From assembly GCA_002104905.1 (NCBI GenBank), contig MCFE01000066.1, positions 62,001 through 126,000 on the forward strand: a DNA stretch of 64,000 nucleotides. The letters run 5' to 3'. A program made the position numbers and the translations under genes. Every line of letters begins with the position of its first letter. Positions within the stretch are counted from its first letter, which is position 1. Shown piece by piece: positions 51,866-63,321 of the stretch. The DNA comes from Basidiobolus meristosporus CBS 931.73 (taxonomy: Eukaryota; Fungi; Basidiobolomycota). Below the pieces are notes generated by a model. The model had not been told where the DNA came from. It did no database searches and saw nothing but the letters and a program-made list of their open reading frames with translations.

Positions 51866-53894
51866 AAACGCTATATTGTCTCCCTCCTATGCTGTGGTAG
51901 GTTTTTCTATGGGCTTTTAAGATGTAAAAAATTTGTTATTCCACCTAAATATTCACCAAATATAGTCACTTAGATCTTTACCTTCAAATCCTAGAGAATA
52001 CTGACCAAATTCCTTGTTGGGATTTACTTAGAATATTTTCACCAAAATACCAGGTACCCAAAACATGATAATTCTCAAAGTTGTCCAAGCAGCCCCAAAC
52101 TTTGCACACATGCTCTTGGGACCTTCCTTAACCTATTCTACATGTTTGTAATGCCAAGACCATGTAAAAGTATAAATACTACTTTTACATTCAATAGATC
52201 ATTAAGTGAAAACCACATAATCTACTGGTTCTCCCAATCACTTCCAATATCTCAAAGACTCTTACAACAACCTTATCCCACTCTCATCAAGAATTTTACC
52301 TTCAAGTCCCTCATGGATGTGATGAGTTGGCATATGGAGGACAGCCTGGAAGTGTTGGAAAATGCTGAGGGCAGATGTGCATATGGAGACACCTATGCCT
52401 ATGGCATTAAGAAGCTAATCAGCTACAATGCATGGGTAACAAGTTAAGTATTGCAAAATAGGATTGGGTGCAACAAGAAACTAATTTTTATTAGGAGAAC
52501 TCTACCAAGGTATGCCAGATTTCTCTTGGTCACAAGCCAACTTCTACACCACTCAATATGGAATTCACACAAATAAGAGCCAGAGCAAACCTATAAGGGG
52601 GACTAGAATCCAGCAGGGAGATGGAATATATTGGCTAAATACCAAAAGGTTCTTTGCAAATATTCAGGAGGTATTGATGGTAGAAGTGGCAACAACCAAG
52701 TATATGTTTGCACAATGTATATGTTACCAGCAGTACAAGGTATATGGCAACTTTGCAAGTATCACACTAAAAAGCCATAAAGTTGAAGTGATAGAAGTAT
52801 GTCAATTGCGGCAGGTGTGTGTGTTTGTAGAGGTTAGTAAGCAGGAGGCCATAGTTTTTTTTGATTCAAACCATATGTGGAATAATACCCAAGGTAGTAG
52901 TGGGTAAGCAAATAAAGAAGGGTGATTCTACAGTGGAATGTATGAGTTGCACAAGGGGAGGAAGAAAAAGGAAATACCGTTTGGTAAATTGGTAAAGTTG
53001 CATTATACAGAGCTAGCTGTAGGCCACCATACTGCCATAATAATGCCAATAGAGACTTGTAATGAGGCCATTGAAATACTGTCGTGTTTTTTGCCATATA
53101 AGGCAATTGAATGTACTGGCTGGTTAGATCTATTCAAAATATTTGTATAGTAGACTTGTTCCATCGTACCGTGCCAGGGCGCGCGGCGCAATCCGCGGTT
53201 GCAAAGAACGATCGGGCGCGATATTATGGCTACCAGAAGACAGGATTGTTCTTGGACAATTTTGCACTATGCGGGACGATCTTGCACACTATGGCACAAT
53301 CTGACACGATGAGGTTGGCACGGATGATTGCGCCAACTTGTAATGTTTGCATCATGTGCGCAATTGGATACCACTATAATGGCAGGTAAAATCCGGTATT
53401 TGGATATGTTTCTTTAATGTAAATGGAAATAAATGTGTATCACACTATAAACTATACTGATACTTACCATTTTGGTTACCCTCACTCCAATTGGACGGTA
53501 TCTCAGTGGTTAATTGGTCCAAAAGTATCCTGAAGCTGGCATCCCCCAATTGGCTCATTGACTACTAAAAAAGCTACCTGATTCGCCAACAAATATCCCA
53601 TTTTGCCCATTGAGCAAGTAAATCCCTGATCCTAGTGATTGGGCTAGGTGTCATAGCTAGCACGCAAGCGATCATGTAGGTGCGGAACAGATCCAATTGC
53701 TGCACTGGTATTACAGATGATGTATATATATGCAGGGTGTTTATTTATTGGGGTTCTGTCTCAAATGTGAGACGACCTTGATATTACTTATATCAAAAAT
53801 TTGATGATCACTGATTTGCAATGGCTCGATTTGGATTGCAAAAAAAAAGGGTTGTTGGGATCATTACAAATGTGAGCAATTCAAAGTGATCGCA

Positions 53895-55049
53895 TCATCT
53901 TCTCCTGGGTTTTTTTCTCACAGGGATTACTACTGAAGCATTTGGTAGTGACTCACTTTGCACACCTATACTACTTCCAGGCTGACTATCATCTTGGCTA
54001 CTTGTGTATTCGTAGTCAGTATTTTGCCTCCTAGTTGATGACTGCGATGCTGCAGCTTGGCCGTGCTGAATCGCTCCGACTGAACCAACTGAACCGGCCT
54101 GTAGTGCCACGCGCTGGCGCGTTCTTTTGCTTGCCAAGGGCTCTGGTGGTTGAGGCACTTCATGTTGGTCATCATCAGTCAGTTCACCAGAAGTAACTTG
54201 CTGATGGTCGGGCAAAACAGCACGCACAGGCGCGCCTTGACGCGTTGAGATGGCCCTTGGCTGAGTTTGATGGGATGCCGCATGTTGACGCGACTCGGTC
54301 CGCTCCAATGGACTCGTGTCTAAATGAGCAGTTTGGCGAGTTCTTGTGGTTTTGCTCTGAAGCGCGCGCGTTGACCCGACGCGCGTTGACTCGACGCGGG
54401 GCGTTCTGGTAAAGGTTGTTGGCGTGGTCTGGACTGACGTGCGCCGGCGTGCTGTGGTTGCAAGAGATGGTAGGGAATCCAGCAAGGCGTGCTGGCGCGA
54501 TCTGGACGATGTTGCCCGCGGTCTGTATTCTTCCTCCTGAAGCTCACCATCTGATTCCTCAAGGTATTCACTTACCCTCTGTCTGATACTTTGGAGCTGT
54601 TGCCTGGATGAGTCCTGTGTATATTGCTCTCGGAAGCCACTTAGCTCTACTAATATATCACGTAGTACATTAGTCATTTGAGGCAAAAAGTCATTCAAAA
54701 TCTCCTTGGTTCCCAAAGTTGAGGCACAAACGGACGCGTCCGGCCCGTACTGTGCAAATTGCGCGCAAAATTGTTCCCGCGCGGCTTCTTTGTCAAATCC
54801 CCTCACTCTCAGCTCATTCTTGATTTCAATACTTGTCTTGTTATATATCTTTTTACATACATTGGCTGGCATCTTGATGTAGAACTCATGCCACAGCTTT
54901 CTACTCAAATTCTTCCATCTTTGTTGACTCTCTGAGGTATCTAGTTCTGCTAGATTAATCAGTAGTGCTCAAATATCTGTATGAAGGCTCATCATAGACA
55001 CTTGGGCCATACTAAAATCATTTGGCAAGAACTCAAACGGATCCGACAT
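53895..55049 (-). CDS. Accessory protein of the PHIS element (~384 codons) with one in-frame TGA at 54969-54971; helical N-terminus, R/S/T/Q-rich tail, C-terminal RKKPRRR
   Basis: ATG 55049 (MSDPFEFLPNDF..) is in frame with the 337-aa track ORF 53895-54908; the next in-frame ATG after the stop is 54872. Confidence 0.7.
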
Positions 55050-55501
55050 TGACTTTTCCGGTCCGGACCGCGCTTGTGAGCTGGGGGATGGGTTTTGTCT
55101 GGGTTGTACTAAAGATGAGTTGAGGCTTGGTATGGGGACCATAGCAACGGATTTGGATACTTATACAGCAGTATATTGGCATCAACCTGGTCTTATATGA
55201 AATATATATGAAAACTAATGTGATTGTTGAATTTTCCATATATTATGCATGATGCATCTTGGATTGCGTTGACACGGATCAGATCACATCAATCGCAGAT
55301 TTCCTATTTGATTATAGACCTATGATTAAAGCATCAATAAAAGTACCAAGGCATTGTTTGCGGATGATTTTTGCGACATAATGATGGTATACATGGCAAT
55401 TGATGGAGATTTAACCATAATGTGTTAAAAATCAGATAAATAACGTGGATCGCGCCAAATCAATTCAAACCGCCTTTATACAATCATCCATCAATTTTAA
55501 T
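55050..55501. promoter_or_regulatory. Putative bidirectional promoter between the two PHIS genes
   Basis: ~450-bp non-coding gap between head-to-head ATGs, with AT-rich TATA-like runs and retained CpGs. Confidence 0.5.
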
Positions 55502-56386
55502 ATGACTTACTCATCTGAATGGTCTTTTCTCATCAATCCCATCACTACCACTGGATTTCCTTTTGACACACTGGAGGAGATCTATACCAAGTACTGTGGA
55601 CCATCAACCCTAATCTACTCAAGGAGATCCCTTGTTAAGCTTCTCTGCTATTACAAGAACTATTGCCCTACAAGGTTTCATCCCACCATCCATGGCAACA
55701 AAAGTCCTAGAAGCTTTCATTCCCAGCTGACAGCAATGGAGAACCACCTTGCAGAGGGTATGAATGACTTAGAGCAAGCTTGGAATACTAGGTTCAGAAG
55801 CTCCAATAGATTTCCATATCCCAGAGTGTTCAGCAACAGGTTCCATATCAGGAGTATTTTGGATACCTTCCCAGTGAGGATTAACAGACCTTCTAGAGGG
55901 CAGAGGCACTTTTATTCTGGCAAGTACAAGGCACACTGTGTGAAGTTTCAAGCACTGTCTGACATTGAGGGCAACATCATCTGGTTTAGTGGGCCATTTG
56001 CTGGAAGTAGGCATGACAAAGCACTCTGGGTAGAGAATCATCCTGAATTCAGTAGAGGGGAGAAATGTATGGCAGACTTAGCCTATATAGGAGAGGATTG
56101 TCAGAGATTAGGATGTATTACAGCTTATAGGAAGCCAAGGAATGGTGTGCTTAGCAGGAAGCAGAAGCTCTACAATGAGATATTTAATCATTTCAGAGTG
56201 AGGGTAGAGGACACATTTGGATATCTGAAGAGATTCAGCATATTGGCAGGTAAATACAGAGGAAAGTCATATATAGGTGAAAACAGCAGGATAGGTAAAA
56301 TAGTTAAGATACTTATTAATGCACAGTATGTTCATACAAGAAGACATCCACTGAGAGAAATGTGTCTGGAGCATTATGAAGAGTAA
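55502..56386 (+). CDS. DDE transposase, PIF/Harbinger/IS5-like (DDE_Tnp_4 type), 294 aa, open frame
   Basis: SILDTFPVRINRP, YSGKYKAHCVKFQ, GPFAGSRHD, MADLAYIG and RVRVEDTFGYLKRFSIL motifs. Confidence 0.93.
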   Translation: MTYSSEWSFLINPITTTGFPFDTLEEIYTKYCGPSTLIYSRRSLVKLLCYYKNYCPTRFHPTIHGNKSPRSFHSQLTAMENHLAEGMNDLEQAWNTRFRSSNRFPYPRVFSNRFHIRSILDTFPVRINRPSRGQRHFYSGKYKAHCVKFQALSDIEGNIIWFSGPFAGSRHDKALWVENHPEFSRGEKCMADLAYIGEDCQRLGCITAYRKPRNGVLSRKQKLYNEIFNHFRVRVEDTFGYLKRFSILAGKYRGKSYIGENSRIGKIVKILINAQYVHTRRHPLREMCLEHYEE

Positions 56387-57647
56387 ATAAAGCAAGGAAA
56401 GCACTATTCTGAGCAACATAAGTAAGATTGAGTAAAATTACCAGTAACTGTATCATACCACTGGCATCATGGTAGAAATTATAGTGCCGGATAGTGCCGT
56501 AGAGTGCCAGATCAATCCGGCACTATAAACAGGCTGGCACTATGTGGCACTATCCAACGGAACAAGTCTAGTGCATTAAGTCCACATCAATGTCAAGCAA
56601 TTATTGTTATAGCACCATTCCAACCCTGTCAAGTTTTATCGCTTTATTTGGCAGTAAAATTAGCAAATGCTATTGTGATCCCACCATAAAATTGTCAAGA
56701 GGGTCAATAGTTCCAAGCTACTGGTATTATGACAGTATCCAAACAGGATCCTCATGGCTGATCTGCATTAGATCCACCTGCAGGACTAAATTATTTTTCA
56801 TAGGGGTAGTATTTGTACTTTTACATGGTCTTGGCAAAACAGATATATAGGATATATTCAGGAAGGTCCCAAGAGCATCTGACAAAGGTTTGGTGCTGTT
56901 TTGGCAACTTACAAATTGTTAAGAATTTTGACCAAGTTCTTTGTTGGGATTTACTTGCAGTATTCTCACCAAAACATCAGGTGTCTACAACACAAAATTT
57001 TGTGAAGTGATGTTCCAAGTGACCAGTCAGGTGAACCTTTAAGTGCAATTACAAACTTTTACATGCCTTGCCAAGGCCATGTAAAATCACCCTATGAAGA
57101 ATAATTTGGTCCTGCAGGTGGATCCAATCCAGATCATCTGTCAAGATCCTGTTTAGAGACCATCATAACAGCAGCAGCTTAGAATTAGTGACACTCCTGA
57201 CAATCTTATAACAAGATCATGACAGTGTTTTGCAAATTTTACAGCCAAATAAAGGGATAAAACTTGACAATTTTTATTTGATGCTGTGACAATATTGCAT
57301 GGCATTGTTGCAGACTTTCAGCGCTCTATTACTATTTTAAGTGGATCCAGTTGGCCAGGACTTCCAATTGCCTTATATGGCAAGAAACCTGTTGGTATTT
57401 TGATGGCCTCACCGCAAGACTGATGACATTTTCTTGGCAGTATGATGGCCAACCACTGGTTCTATATAATGCTACCAAACCAATTTAACAAATGGTATTT
57501 CCTTTTTCTACCTCCCCTTGTGCAATTCATATATTCCACTGTAGAAGCACCTTTCTTTATTTGCTTGCCTACTACTACCCTGGGTATTCCACATATAGTT
57601 TGAATCAAAAAAACTATGGCCTCCTGCTTACTAACCTCTACAAACGC

Positions 57648-58717
57648 TGTAGTGGGGTGACAGTGACACCCACTGACAGATGTGCTCATTCCCTTATTTT
57701 CTACTTCCCTATATCTCTACTACACTTATTTTAGTTTTATCCCATTTGTCTTACCCAATCAGTACTATCCCATAAGCCGGTTGACTATCACACTTGCTTA
57801 CCTTATTGCATAAGTTACCCCTCACTTTATGTAAGATTACTAGCTATAAGTACTTCAATATTAGGCAAGTACCCGCGCCAGTACCCGTGACACATGATCA
57901 GCCCGTGTCACCATCCCTACCATTTCCATACCATATATGGTATCCCCATGTTACACAGGTCTCAGAATACTGATTCCTGATTGGTTGGATGTGCTGTGCC
58001 ACTTAGAACCTTCCGGCACCTACTTAGAACATTCTTAGGTCATTCTGATGTCATTAAGATTTCTATTGATCTCTGGAACCTTCTGGAACACCATGATTAG
58101 TAATCACTTAGCCAGTGAGAAAAGTATATAAGGGAGGCTATCCCTCAACAATAAATCATCATCCCTTTTATCAATATACCAACTTGTTGATTAGTGTGAT
58201 CACTGCTACCTGCTGCTACCTGAACTTCCAACCCCAGACCACAGGACACTCCCAGGAAACCGTGCTGACAGCCAACTACCTTGGAGGCACTACTTGTGAG
58301 GAATACTCAGAGTAGCTATCTTTTATTATATTTGATTCTTTCCCAAGTTTGTTCTTGTACAGGCAAAGATACTTTTCTGTCTTTGTAACTATTGACCACA
58401 GCTGCATTCTTATCAAGTCCCTGCTGGTGGGGTTTACAGTTGTTTTGACTTTGGAAGCTTTAGTACATTGTCATCTCAAAGGATGCTGAACCCAGCACAT
58501 ACTTTTGTTAAGACGCCAACTAAGTTAGGGACTGTAGCTCAATAGTTTTCCCTTGACATGCTTGTGGCTTTATTCCCCTTCACATTAGATTAGAGACAGA
58601 ACCCAAGTATTCCTAGCAAGCTTTTGCCAGAGGTTATTGCACCCAGTGAACACCCCACACACAAAACACTTGAGAAGTGTTGGACGTATCTCTCCCTTGG
58701 ACCTATACACCACCACA
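57648..58717 (+). mobile_element. Solo LTR, family E (1070 bp)
   Basis: TGTAGTGGGG...CACCACCACA with 4-bp TSD ACGC; GAAccTTCtgGAA at 58076-58088 and TATATAA at 58125. Confidence 0.9.
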
Positions 58718-58912
58718 ACGCGCACACCTGCCGCAATTGACATACTTCTGTCACTTCAACTTTACGGCTTTTTCGTGTGATACTTGCAAAGTTGCCATAT
58801 ACCTTGTACTACTGGTAGCATATACATCTTGCAAGCATATGCTTGGTTGTTGCCACTTCTGCCATGAATACCTCCTGAATATTGGCAAAGAACTTCTTGG
58901 TATTTAGCTAAT

Positions 58913-59646
58913 AGACTTGTTCTGTTGGATAGTGCCACATTGAGCCATGAGTGCCAAATGATGCCATAGTGTGCCAGGGAGGCCAAGTGAGCCTACACTT
59001 GGCCAAAGAGTGTGCAGCACAGCTCTGCATCTTTGTGCAAAGTAGCCCCTGTGTTTCACTCATTGTGATGGAGAAAATCCATTTTTTGACCTTTTTTTTT
59101 AGGTAAATGGTGTACAGGATGTGCAAGTGCACAAAAGGATTGAAGATATGCATCTGGTGGTCAATACCCATGACACTCTGAATCTAGCTCCTGTGGCTTG
59201 TAACATGTCACAAAAATGGATGGCACTATCTTGGTCCACTGGTACTATCTGGCACTATAAGTGCTTTGTATTGATCTTACTTTAGGGCTAATATTTAAAT
59301 ATAGTGCCGGATAGTACCAGTGGACCAAGATAGTGCCATCCATTTTTGTGACATGTTACAAGCCACAGGAGCTAGATTCAGAGTGCCATGGGTATTGAGT
59401 ACCAGATTTATATCTTCAATCCTTTAGTGCTCTTACACATCCTGCACAATATTGATCCACAAAAAAACGTCAAAAAATGGATTTTCTCCTGCATCATAAG
59501 TGAAACATAGGGGCTGCTTTGCATGAAGATGCATATCTATGTTTCACATTCTGTGGCCAAGTATAGGCTCACTTGGCCTCTCTGGCACACTATGGCATCA
59601 TTTGGCACTCATGGCTCAATGTGGCACTATCCAATGGAACAAGTCT
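58913..59646. mobile_element. 734-bp foldback MITE, spacer inverted relative to 41679-42412
   Basis: Same termini, 345-bp arms, 44-bp spacer, 3-bp TSD AAT. Confidence 0.95.
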
Positions 59647-62478
59647 AATATATTCCTTCTCCCTGCTGGATTCTAGTCCCCCTTATAGGTGTGCTCTGGC
59701 TTTTGTTTGTGTGAATTCTGTATTAAATGGTGTAGAAGTTGGCTTGTGTCCATAAGAAATCCAGCATATCTTAGTGGAGCTTTCCTGATATAAATTAGTT
59801 GCATGTTGCACCCAATCCAACTTTGCATTACTTAACTGATTACCCACGCAATGGGGCTGCTTAGCTTCTTAATGTTATAGGTGTAGGTGTCTCCATGTGC
59901 ACATTTGTCATCAGTATTTTCCAACTCTTTCTGGCTGTCCTTGAGGTGCCAACTCATCACATCCATCACAGACTTGAAGGTAATATTCTTGATGAAACTT
60001 GGATACAGTAGTACCTGCAGCCTGACTTGTCTTCCTATCTCCCCACACATCCACTCCATAGGAGACTCCCAGAAGGTGAAGCAAAGGCCAATATTCTCCA
60101 CACACCATGCAAGATGGAGTAGAGAATGGATACAGTAGTGGCAAAGATCTACACATTCAGTTTTATGTTTGTAGTATAGCCACTCAAATCCCATCACAAA
60201 CTCCTCACACAATAGCTGCAGATGCGTCAAGTTGGCATTGGTGATCTGCTTCTGGATAAATTTTCCTACAATGTCCACATATGACTCCCAATGCTTCAAA
60301 TGTACTCTTGGTAGGAATGGGCTCAGAATACCACTTGAATCAATACATATCCAGTTCATCCAGTCTTTGCATTTGTGTTATTGCATATGCGTATGAATAT
60401 TAATTGGAGCCTATGAAAAGTACTTAGGGTAGCGGATACTCTGTAATATCTTGCCAATTTTTTAAATTTCTCCGGTATCTCAAAGTGCTTATTTAGCTTG
60501 AAATGCCCCATGTACAACTTGGTCATCAGTACAGGGATATTGTTGAAAAGCAACTGCCTTGCTCCCAGTGGAAAGCTTTTGCTCCAACAAATACACTCTA
60601 TCTTAAGTTTTCTGGTGTCCAATTGATTCCATATTGCAGGCAATGGCTTATAGCCTGCCAACTTTGCTGTAATTGCATGCTTACTTCTGTACGTTCTCTC
60701 TGTGGAAAGATGATGTTCTTAGTGCTGGTGTTTGGATAATAAAAATGTGTGTGAGTTATGAAGTAAATCCCCTAGATCTCACACATTCAACAGCAATACC
60801 ATTGATTTTGCCCAGAAAAACCTGCTATCTTGCTAATGGCTGGGTATCTCCAATGCAGATAATAATATGCACTTTTACATGATGGCCATTTACTGTTATC
60901 CTGCTGGAAAGCATACAAAATTCATCCAGGAATGGATACAGGTAGCTATCCAGGTTGGACAGTGCTTTAGGCCCAGATACCAGTGAGACTACCATCAGAT
61001 TATTGCTCTGAAACCATAAGATGGGCAGCAGATTCAGATTGATGAGAATCAGTGGCCAGCAGGATATGCTGGTAGAGTACTTGTTTAATGAGAATCCATC
61101 AAGTGCTAAAGCAAAGGCGTGGTCATACATACCTTCAAGGTAGCCCTTGCTTCTTAGATGTTTGTAATGTTTGCCATCAAATATATCAGATATGTTTGCA
61201 CTTGATTGATACTGAGTGTGGTACTGTATAGCTTTGCAATATTTGTTGGACTGCATCAGCTTCCTCAAATGGGGTATGACTGGTATACATCCAAAGTGTG
61301 AACAATGTTTTCCCTCAATGGTGGTGGATTGCTGACAATTTGGACACGTTGCAATGGTAGCATTTTTGGATGTGAATGCCATGCAACTGTTAAAACATGC
61401 TGGAATCAGGACAGTCTCTGGGTCATATGTTGCCAGCCCCATTACAGTTGTCCACTTGTACCAGGTACATGGTAAGTTTCATCCCGGTATGATTTTGGCA
61501 AGAAGTAGTAATAAATCCTCAAAGCCCCCATTACTCATTTTAGTGGAAATGCACCACTTCTCTAGCAAAAACATTACATCATTCACCAGTAGATGGATTA
61601 CTGGGCTCACTTGGCTCCATAAAGTATCCTTGGCATTTGTTTCAATGGGTGTTGTCTCATTGCATATAGGGATTTGACTAGGCTTATATGTGGTACTGTT
61701 GTTAGGGGAGATAGGCTCAAAATCCATCAGTGAGCCTTCTTTGCCAGAGCTATCACTCTGCGTGCCATATTCAGAAGGCTGAGGTGAGCCTAAGGGTGTC
61801 ACAAACTCACCTGACTCAGTTTGCACAAGGTGACAAAGACGGCCAGGTGCCAATATAGAAGTATCAACTGGCTGGCAAGATAATGTTGGTACAGTAGGGA
61901 CCAATAAATGGTCCAATATGACTTGGGTGGCAAAACACTGGCCGTGATCCTTGTAATACATCCTTTGCTGCCTGCATGCTTCATGGCTGAGAGGCTTGCC
62001 ACAATAGCCACATGGTCTTTTTTCTCTTCTCTTACAGCATTAAGTCAAAGTAGTCTTGTCCATGGGGCAAACAGTTTGACCTTTAACAACGTAAAGCTAC
62101 TATATCACTTATTAGTCAATACTCATGTGAACTTAACACAGTCTTGTATTTGAGACATCACACCTACATGAATGTAAGATTCAATGATGACCCGCCATAG
62201 TAGGCATTATAAATAAAGTTGTGGCACCACATACACATGTATCTGTAACACTACTTCCCCTATGGTTTGACTCACTTCCATATATATGCCGCCAAAAATA
62301 AAGCAAAGTCAACTGGTTCTCAACCAGATGCCACCACTGACAGCAATAGAACAGCAGATGGACAACAGCTTGCTTTGACATTCAGTGCAACAAGCAGTGC
62401 TATATCTAAAAAAGGCCATGTTAACAGTGTCCCCACTGAATGGAATAATACAGACTCCTCAAGCTCTCAGTCAAGTAG

Positions 62479-63321
62479 GCACCAGTACCTGAGACACATG
62501 GTCATACCATGTCTCCATCCCTACCATTTCTATACCGTATATGGTATCCCTATGTTACACAGGTTTCAGAATACTGCTTCCTGATTGGTTGGATGAGCTG
62601 TGCCACTTAGAATCTTCTGGCACCCACTTAGAGCATTCTTAGGTCATTCTGATGTCATTAAGATTTCTACTGATATTTGGAACCTTCTGGAACACCATGG
62701 TTAGTAATCACTTAGCCAGTAAGAGCAGTATATAAGGGAGGCTATTCCTCAACAATAAATCATCATCCCTTTTATCAATATACCAACTTGTTGATTAGTG
62801 TGATCACTGCTACCTGCTGCTACCTGAACTTCCAACCCCAGACCACAGGACACTCCCAGGAAACCATGCTGACAGCCAACTGACCTTGGAGGCACTACTT
62901 TTAAGGAATACTCAGAGTAGGTATCTTTATTATATTTGATTCTTTCCTAAGTCTGTTCTTGTACAGGCAAAGATACTTTTCTGTCTTTGTAACTATTGAC
63001 CACAGCTGCATTCTTATCAGGTCCCTGCTGGTGGAGTTTACAGTTGTTTTGACTTTGGAAGCTTTAGTACATTGTCATCTCAAAGGATGCTGAACCCAGC
63101 ACATACTTTTGTTAAGACGCCAACTAAGTTAGGGACTGTAGCTCAATAGTTTTCCCTTGACATGCTTGTGGCTTTATTCCCCATCACATTAGATTAGAGA
63201 CAGAACCCAAGTATTCCTAGCAAGCTATTGCCAGAGGTTATTGCACCCAGTTAACACCCCACACACAAAACACTTGAGAAGTGTTGGACATATCTCTCCC
63301 TTGGACTTATACACCACCACA
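62479..63321 (+). mobile_element. Second, 5'-truncated copy of LTR family E
   Basis: Aligns with ~57880-58717 and ends CACCACCACA. Confidence 0.88.

Larger units (their letters stand above)
53152..56569. mobile_element. Near-intact PHIS (PIF/Harbinger-superfamily, Pangu-like) DNA transposon, 3418 bp
   Basis: 11-bp TIR AGACTTGTTCC / GGAACAAGTCT, 3-bp TSD AGT (53149-53151 / 56570-56572), two divergent ORFs. Confidence 0.92.
52270..56805 (+). mobile_element. 3' part of a CACTA-like copy ending in ..TTTTTCATAGGG, interrupted by the PHIS element
   Basis: Transposase C-terminal ORFs 52142-52447 and 52512-52907; the flanks of 53152-56569 rejoin to match 31965-32060 in reverse. Confidence 0.8.
57090..62478 (-). 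mobile_element. CACTA-like copy with the most complete transposase (~57575-62063, ~890 codons net of inserts), accessory side truncated
   Basis: Terminus CCCTATGAAGAATAATTTGG at 57090; ORFs 61479-61961, 60825-61442, 60356-60661 and 59832-60359; start ATGGACAAG at 62063; accessory start ATGCCGCCAAAA at ~62286 on plus. Confidence 0.87.

Noticed and set aside
54880-54960. Calling the PHIS partner a Myb/SANT protein
   Set aside because: Only QQRWKNL resembles helix 3; the upstream Trp-spaced helices are not evident, so it is left unassigned.
55445-55501. GTG start extending the transposase to 313 aa
   Set aside because: In a eukaryotic context the ATG at 55502 is more plausible, and the CpG-free composition begins near there.
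57648-63321. Two LTR-E copies as the paired LTRs of a retroelement that captured a CACTA transposase
   Set aside because: The first copy has its own ACGC TSD within the CACTA sequence, and the second is truncated and abuts a PHIS remnant; these are independent insertions.
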